Below, one piece after another: positions 14,934 to 19,556 of a DNA stretch of 19,556 nucleotides (position 1 is its first letter; the number at the start of each line of letters is the position of its first letter). The notes beneath the pieces are model-generated. The model searched no databases and was not told the DNA's origin. It saw only the letters and a program-made list of their open reading frames with translations. Source of the DNA: Candidatus Krumholzibacteriia bacterium (GTDB taxonomy: Bacteria > Krumholzibacteriota > Krumholzibacteriia > LZORAL124-64-63); the NCBI GenBank assembly GCA_046484865.1, contig JAWOID010000143.1, positions 1 through 19,556 of the forward strand, in the 5' to 3' direction. The position numbers and the translations under genes were made by a program.

Positions 14934-15174
14934 GACGCCACGCCGAGCTCAGGGGGATGGGCTCGCACGTCACGTCGATACAACTTCATCTCGATATAGC
15001 ACCACCGAGGCAAGGGCTGTGTCATGCCCCGGCGGGAAGAACTCAGAGGATCTGGCCATCACGGAAAGGTGCGCCTCGCGGACGGACCCGCCGAGCTTCG
15101 AGCATTGCCACCCGGCTCGGCTGATGAGTGTCCAAACCGTCGACGATGTCGACGCAACCGGGAGGCTATGCGTG

Positions 15175-16869
15175 ATGAAGCGAATTTTCTTCCTTATCGC
15201 TCTCCTCTTCATGGTGGTCTTCATGGCGAACTGCTCGCGGGAGAATGACGCGGTGCCCACGGCTCCGGGCGCTCTCGCGGACAAGTCCGTGGTCGTCGAG
15301 TACGATCTGAATCCCCCGGCACCGGCCGATCTGCCGGCGGCGACGGTCGAGATCAGGCCGCAGGCGGAGTTCCTGGGCGACTTCTCCTCTGGCAAGGACG
15401 GCGCGACCCTGACGCCGGAGGCCTTCTCGGCGACTCTCAGGGCAGGCGAGTGCGCCTCGGAATCCAAGCTCCTGCACTTGCCTGAGGATGTGGCGCCCGC
15501 CCTCGGGGACATCCTGTTCGTCATGGACCTCACAGGCAGCATGGGCGGCGAACTGGGGAACGTGCAGGTGAACTCGGTCAACATCATGAACGCGATCCGG
15601 GCCGTGATCCCGGATATTCGCTTCGGTCTCATCTCGCACATGGACTACGTCGGCACTTACGTTGGCTGCGGATACTCGGCGTCCTACGGAGTCGGCGGGG
15701 ATTATCCTTACCGCCTGGACGCGGGATTGACGCCCGACATCGCTGCGGTGCAGGCGGCGATCATGGGTCTCTCGCTTGGCGACGGGTGGGACGGACCGGA
15801 GAGCTACTCCCGTGTCCTGTACGAGTCCTACTCCGATCCGCTGGTCGGGTGGCGCCCGGGAGCCACCAGCTTCGTGCTGGCCTGGGGCGACGCGCTCCCG
15901 CACGACTGCGCCGTCGACGCCTGCCTCGGCGGCAATCTGAGCACCGGGCCGGATCCGGGCCGGGACGGGATCGTCGGGACCGCCGACGATCTCGAGATCC
16001 TGGAGGTCCTCGATGGCATGGCTGCCAATGGTCTGACGCTCATCTCGCTCTTCAGCGGAGGCAGCCTCGCGCTCTGGGACTGCTACGCCTCGCGTACCGG
16101 ACCGGACGGAGCCGCCTTCGCGATCAACGACGACGGCACCATTCCCGGCGGAACCGACATCGCCGCCTACATCGCCGGCCTGATCTCCGATGCCATCTCC
16201 CACATCGACGTGCTGACGCTCGACGTCTGCGACCCGATGTACTCGGACTGGCTGGTCTCGGTCTCGCCGGCGTCGTACACGGACATCGATCTGGACATGC
16301 CCCTTGATTTCCCGTTCGAAATCCAGATCTGCGTCCCCGAAGGCACTCCCGACGGCGAGTACTGCTTCGATGTCTGCGCCCTGGGCGACGGCAACGAGTA
16401 TGCGCGCCAGAGCGTCTGCATCACCGTCGTGAGCGAGATCGAGGTGGCGTTCGACATCCACCCGACCTCCTGCCCGAACCCGGTCAACTTCAAGAGCAGG
16501 GGCGTCGTGCCGGCGGCCATCCTGGGTACGGCCGACTTCGACGTGGCGACGATCGATCCGGCCACTATCCGGCTGGAAGGCGTGGCTCCGGTGCGATGGG
16601 TGGTCGATGACGTGGCCACTCCCTTCGAGCCGTACCTGGGCCGGACAGATTGCTATGACTGCACGACCGCCGGCCCCGACGGTTACATGGATCTCACGCT
16701 GAAGTTCTTGACCCAGGACCTGATTGCGGCGCTCGGACATCTGCCCGACGTCGATTGCATGGTCCTGAGTCTGACGGCCGAGACGTACGACGGCATCGCC
16801 ATCGTTGGTGAGGACGTGATCAAGCTCCCGGTCGTCCTGGGTGATGTCCCGTTCCTGGAGGTCGAATAG
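15175..16869 (+). CDS. Cys-rich lipoprotein with integrin-beta-like vWA (beta-I) domain inserted in an Ig-like domain, plus C-terminal DIxP-SCPNP domain, ~564 aa
   Basis: GGAGG at 15161-15165, then GTG 15172 or ATG 15175. Signal peptide II MKRIFFLIALLFMVVFMAN-C. MIDAS DLTGS, IRFGLISHMD, DGPES, GWRPGA and GDALPH. Confidence 0.8.
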   Translation: MKRIFFLIALLFMVVFMANCSRENDAVPTAPGALADKSVVVEYDLNPPAPADLPAATVEIRPQAEFLGDFSSGKDGATLTPEAFSATLRAGECASESKLLHLPEDVAPALGDILFVMDLTGSMGGELGNVQVNSVNIMNAIRAVIPDIRFGLISHMDYVGTYVGCGYSASYGVGGDYPYRLDAGLTPDIAAVQAAIMGLSLGDGWDGPESYSRVLYESYSDPLVGWRPGATSFVLAWGDALPHDCAVDACLGGNLSTGPDPGRDGIVGTADDLEILEVLDGMAANGLTLISLFSGGSLALWDCYASRTGPDGAAFAINDDGTIPGGTDIAAYIAGLISDAISHIDVLTLDVCDPMYSDWLVSVSPASYTDIDLDMPLDFPFEIQICVPEGTPDGEYCFDVCALGDGNEYARQSVCITVVSEIEVAFDIHPTSCPNPVNFKSRGVVPAAILGTADFDVATIDPATIRLEGVAPVRWVVDDVATPFEPYLGRTDCYDCTTAGPDGYMDLTLKFLTQDLIAALGHLPDVDCMVLSLTAETYDGIAIVGEDVIKLPVVLGDVPFLEVE

Positions 16870-16914
16870 TCGTCGTCGCCGCGGGCCCGCGACAGGCGGC
16901 CCACGGTGAATGCA

Positions 16915-16953
16915 GGCCAGGGGATGGGGGGCGGAGTGTCCCCCACCCCGGCC
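16915..16953. terminator. Strong GC hairpin between convergent genes (possible bidirectional terminator, no U-tract)
   Basis: GGCC-a-GGGG-a-TGGGGG pairs with CCCCCA-CCCC-GGCC. Confidence 0.4.
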
Positions 16954-16991
16954 ACTACCCGTGCGACGCCGCGACCACGCGCCCCCTCGCT

Positions 16992-17675
16992 TCAGCGTTC
17001 TTCACGAGGCCCGTCCTCCGTCCCCTCCGCCGTGCGCCGCCTCGAGATCGTCAGGAACCGCACCCCGCACGCAGCCAGCAGCGTCGAACCGAGCAGGAAG
17101 AGCGGCACGGGGTACGCCTCGGGCATCGCGCCGCTCAGGCTCGCCTCAAGGTCGCGCAGCCAGGTGTAGAGCAGCACGCCCGAGCCGGCGAAGCCGAGCA
17201 GCCAGGTGAGGCGGTCGGCGCGCCCGCGCACCCCCGCGCCCTCCTGCCGCACCACGAGCCCGCCGAAGACGATCATCAGGACTGCCACCGTCGCCGGCGC
17301 GTAGACCGGGCCCACCCAGGGCCAGGGCAGCATGAAGAGGATGTCCCATTCCTGCAGCGACGTCGGCCAGCCGAGCGCCAGCCAGAGTCCCAGGTAGTAG
17401 ACCAGGTCCCAGACGCCGAAGGCGAGGACGAACGCCGCGAAACGCTGCCAGGCGGTGCGCCCGGCCAGCATGCCCACGGCACCCAGCATCACCAGGGTGG
17501 CCGCCTCGCGCGCCAGCTCCACCGCCAGCAGCGGGGTATCGATCATCTGCAAGGGGAAGGCGAAACCGCCGGGGTAGTAGATCCGACGCAGGTAGATCAC
17601 GACGGCTGCCTCCAGCCAGCCGAAGGCCGCTCCGAAGACCACCGTCCAGACCAGCGCGTGACGTGCCGCGGACAC
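16992..17675 (-). CDS. Conserved hypothetical multi-pass membrane protein, 227 aa
   Basis: About 6 hydrophobic segments. Motifs WLEAAVVIYLR, YYPGGFAFPL, ELAREAATLVML, FGVWDLVYY, WDILF and PWVGPV resemble a hypothetical family I recognise from Bacteroidota-related genomes. AAAGGAGG SD before the GTG. Confidence 0.8.
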   Translation of the reverse strand: MSAARHALVWTVVFGAAFGWLEAAVVIYLRRIYYPGGFAFPLQMIDTPLLAVELAREAATLVMLGAVGMLAGRTAWQRFAAFVLAFGVWDLVYYLGLWLALGWPTSLQEWDILFMLPWPWVGPVYAPATVAVLMIVFGGLVVRQEGAGVRGRADRLTWLLGFAGSGVLLYTWLRDLEASLSGAMPEAYPVPLFLLGSTLLAACGVRFLTISRRRTAEGTEDGPREER

Positions 17676-17759
17676 GATCGCCTCCTTTCCGGTCGTCCGC
17701 GCGGTGCCGGCGCCGCCGGAGCGCCGCCCACCGACCCCGACCGCCGTTCCCTCGTGCCC

Positions 17760-17855
17760 TGCCGCGCTGCCGCGCTGCCGCGCCGCCCCGCCGGCCCGCC
17801 GCCCCGCCGGCCCGCTGCCGCGCCGGCCCGCCGCCGCGCCGGCCCGCCGCCGCGC
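17760..17855. repeat. GC minisatellite: 3 x TGCCGCGC, then 4.5 x 16 nt YGCCSCGCCGGCCCGC
   Basis: 8-nt units start at 17760, 17768 and 17776. 16-nt units start at 17784, 17800, 17816 and 17832. The 96 nt contain no A. Confidence 0.85.
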
Positions 17856-17966
17856 AACCCCCGCTCAAGCCGCGCGCGAGCGCGACGAAACCTCCGAAAG
17901 ACGGTCGGCCCGGTCAGGGCCGGCCGCCGACTGCCATCCATGCGACCATGCAGGAGGGTCCCCGGG

Positions 17967-19556
17967 ATGTTCAAGGGCGACATCGCGAAGTTCTCGCCCG
18001 CGGATCTCCTGCTCTTCCTCGCCCATCTCGGCAAGGAAGGCGTGCTGACGGTCACCCGCGACGACGAGACCCTGAGCCTCGCCTTCCGCGCCGGCCGGCT
18101 GGTGGATGCCCAGGGCGAGGTGGCCGACCGCAAGCTGCTCGCGATGCTGCGCGACCGGTCGGGGGTGAGCGTCGATCTCCACCGGTCCCTCGCGCGCGCC
18201 CAGGCCGAGACGGGGCTGCCGCTGCGGCAGCTGCTGGAAACCGCCGAGCACGCCGCCGTACCCGACCTCTCCGACATCCTGTGTGCCGGCCTGCACGAGG
18301 TGCTGTTCCAGCTCTTCCTGTGGGACAGCGGGCAATTCCAGTTCGCCGAGATCGCCGTCGACCACGATCCGGCGCAGCCGGCCCATGACTGTCAGGGCCT
18401 GGCCATGGACATCACCCGCCAGGTGGACGAGTTCCGCGAGATCCTGCGCACCGCCGGCGGCGGCGCTCGCGTGCCCGTGCGCACCACGCCTCCGGCAGCG
18501 CCGGCGCCGCGGGACCGCGGTCCCGGGGCGCCTCGCGGTATCGACGACGCGAGCGAGCGAGACATCGCCGCCGAAGCCGTCACCGCGCTGGCTGATGGCC
18601 GGCGGACCCTGCTGCAAATCCTGGCCGAAGCGCCCCTGACCACCAGCGCGGCCGCCGGCGGCGTGGCCCGGGCGCTGGAGCGCGGGTCGCTGGCGCTACG
18701 CGATGGCCCCGCGGACGTGCTGCAACCGGCACTGGCAACCGGTCCGGCGACGCCCGAGACCTCGTACGCGGCGTTCCGGCGCACCCTGCGGCGCATGCTC
18801 GCAGGCACCGACCGCCGCGCACGCTTCAAGGACCTGGTACGCTGGTGCCGCTGCAACTTCGGCTCGACGCTGGTGCTGGCCTGTCGTGACGGACGCCTGG
18901 CGCAGCATACGCGGTTCTGCGGCGACAACCCCGGCGAGACGGTGCGCTACGATCCCACGCGAGCGCCGCGGCCGGCCGACGATCCGCACTTCGGGTGGGT
19001 GCTCTCGTCGGGACTGGCTTTCACGGGCGACGGGGCGGCGGCCGGCCGGCTGCTCGAGGCCATCGGCGAGGAGGCGCCGGCCGGCGAGTGCGCCATCGTG
19101 CCGCTGGGTGAACTGGGTGGCATGGACGTGCTGGTCTGCGTCGCCGAGCCGGCGTCCGACGAGAATCCCGGCCCCTTCCAGTTCCTGGAGCTGCTGGCGT
19201 GGCAGGTCGCGCCGCCGCCGGCTGTGGAGGCCTCCGCGGCGGTTTCCCCGGTCGCGACGGTGCCGCCGGACGAGCGCCGGAACGCCGCTCCGCTGGTGGA
19301 GGCCATCAAGGACCTGCCGCCCATGCCCGACGTCGTCGCGCGCATCCTGGACTTGCTGGCCGACCCCGAGACTCCGATCGCCGACGTGACCGAGGCACTG
19401 TCGCACGACCAGGCGCTGGTGGCGCGGCTGATCAAGGTGAGCAACTCGAGCCTCTATGCGGGCGGGAGTTCCACCTCCAGCCTCAAGCAGGCCATCGTGC
19501 GCCTGGGGACCCGCACCACCCGCGGGCTGGTGGTCGCCGCCTCCACACGCGTGCTG
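17967..19556 (+). CDS. Signalling protein: DUF4388/PATAN-like N-terminus, possible GAF-like middle domain, HDOD domain; 3'-truncated by the window
   Basis: My translation from ATG 17967 (AGGAGG SD) is open for 530 codons to the window end. It starts MFKGDIAKFSPADLLLFLAHLGKEGVLTV and contains LFLWDSGQFQF. From ~19311 it reads DLPPMPDVVARILDLLADPE...LSHDQALVARLIKVSNS...SLKQAIVRLG (HDOD). Confidence 0.88.
   Translation, partial: MFKGDIAKFSPADLLLFLAHLGKEGVLTVTRDDETLSLAFRAGRLVDAQGEVADRKLLAMLRDRSGVSVDLHRSLARAQAETGLPLRQLLETAEHAAVPDLSDILCAGLHEVLFQLFLWDSGQFQFAEIAVDHDPAQPAHDCQGLAMDITRQVDEFREILRTAGGGARVPVRTTPPAAPAPRDRGPGAPRGIDDASERDIAAEAVTALADGRRTLLQILAEAPLTTSAAAGGVARALERGSLALRDGPADVLQPALATGPATPETSYAAFRRTLRRMLAGTDRRARFKDLVRWCRCNFGSTLVLACRDGRLAQHTRFCGDNPGETVRYDPTRAPRPADDPHFGWVLSSGLAFTGDGAAAGRLLEAIGEEAPAGECAIVPLGELGGMDVLVCVAEPASDENPGPFQFLELLAWQVAPPPAVEASAAVSPVATVPPDERRNAAPLVEAIKDLPPMPDVVARILDLLADPETPIADVTEALSHDQALVARLIKVSNSSLYAGGSSTSSLKQAIVRLGTRTTRGLVVAASTRVL

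Noticed and set aside
15058..15135. Hammerhead-like pieces: GAAA-gg-tgcg-cc-TC (15064-15077) and CTGATGAG (15121-15128)
   Set aside because: Stem I cannot form directly after the putative cleavage site, and the stem II closing pair before GAAA is missing, so the core geometry fails.
14687..16953. Calling the vWA region a mobile element
   Set aside because: I see no transposase, integrase, att site or target-site duplication. It is kept only as a compositional observation.
17853..17916. CGCAAC / CGAAAC as ECF -35 elements for the HDOD gene
   Set aside because: No CGT -10 at 16-17 nt spacing.
17597..19444. ORF-track calls in the last 2 kb (17663-18388, 17865-18617, 18696-19406, 18703-19389 and others)
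   Set aside because: All are explained as off-frame or antisense to the DUF4388-HDOD gene starting at 17967.

Overview
Very GC-rich bacterial chromosomal window (roughly 70% by eye) with 14 supportable CDSs. I see no rRNA, tRNA, CRISPR array or transposase. A T9SS-type-A/FlgD-like C-terminal domain and the lipoprotein style suggest a GC-rich FCB-group lineage such as Krumholzibacteriota or Latescibacterota (inference). Left (68-5474): a stress/sugar-redox-like cluster of a baeRF3/7-type release-factor homolog, a glucose-1-dehydrogenase-like SDR, an orphan ASRT-family protein, a second SDR and a signal-less PhoD-like phosphatase. Middle: an MBL-double-rhodanese gene coupled to a BACON-glutaminyl cyclase lipoprotein, a secreted EEP nuclease/phosphatase, and two secreted proteases (helical + double retropepsin with DTG/ETG; tricorn-like S41), each preceded by a GCAAC-N16-CGT ECF-type promoter. 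Right: a ~205-nt nested structured intergenic element, a Cys-rich lipoprotein that aligns by eye with the integrin-beta hybrid + beta-I domains, a conserved membrane protein, a GC minisatellite, and a DUF4388-GAF-like-HDOD gene that runs off the window and is absent from the ORF track. All family calls come from motif recognition, not database searches.
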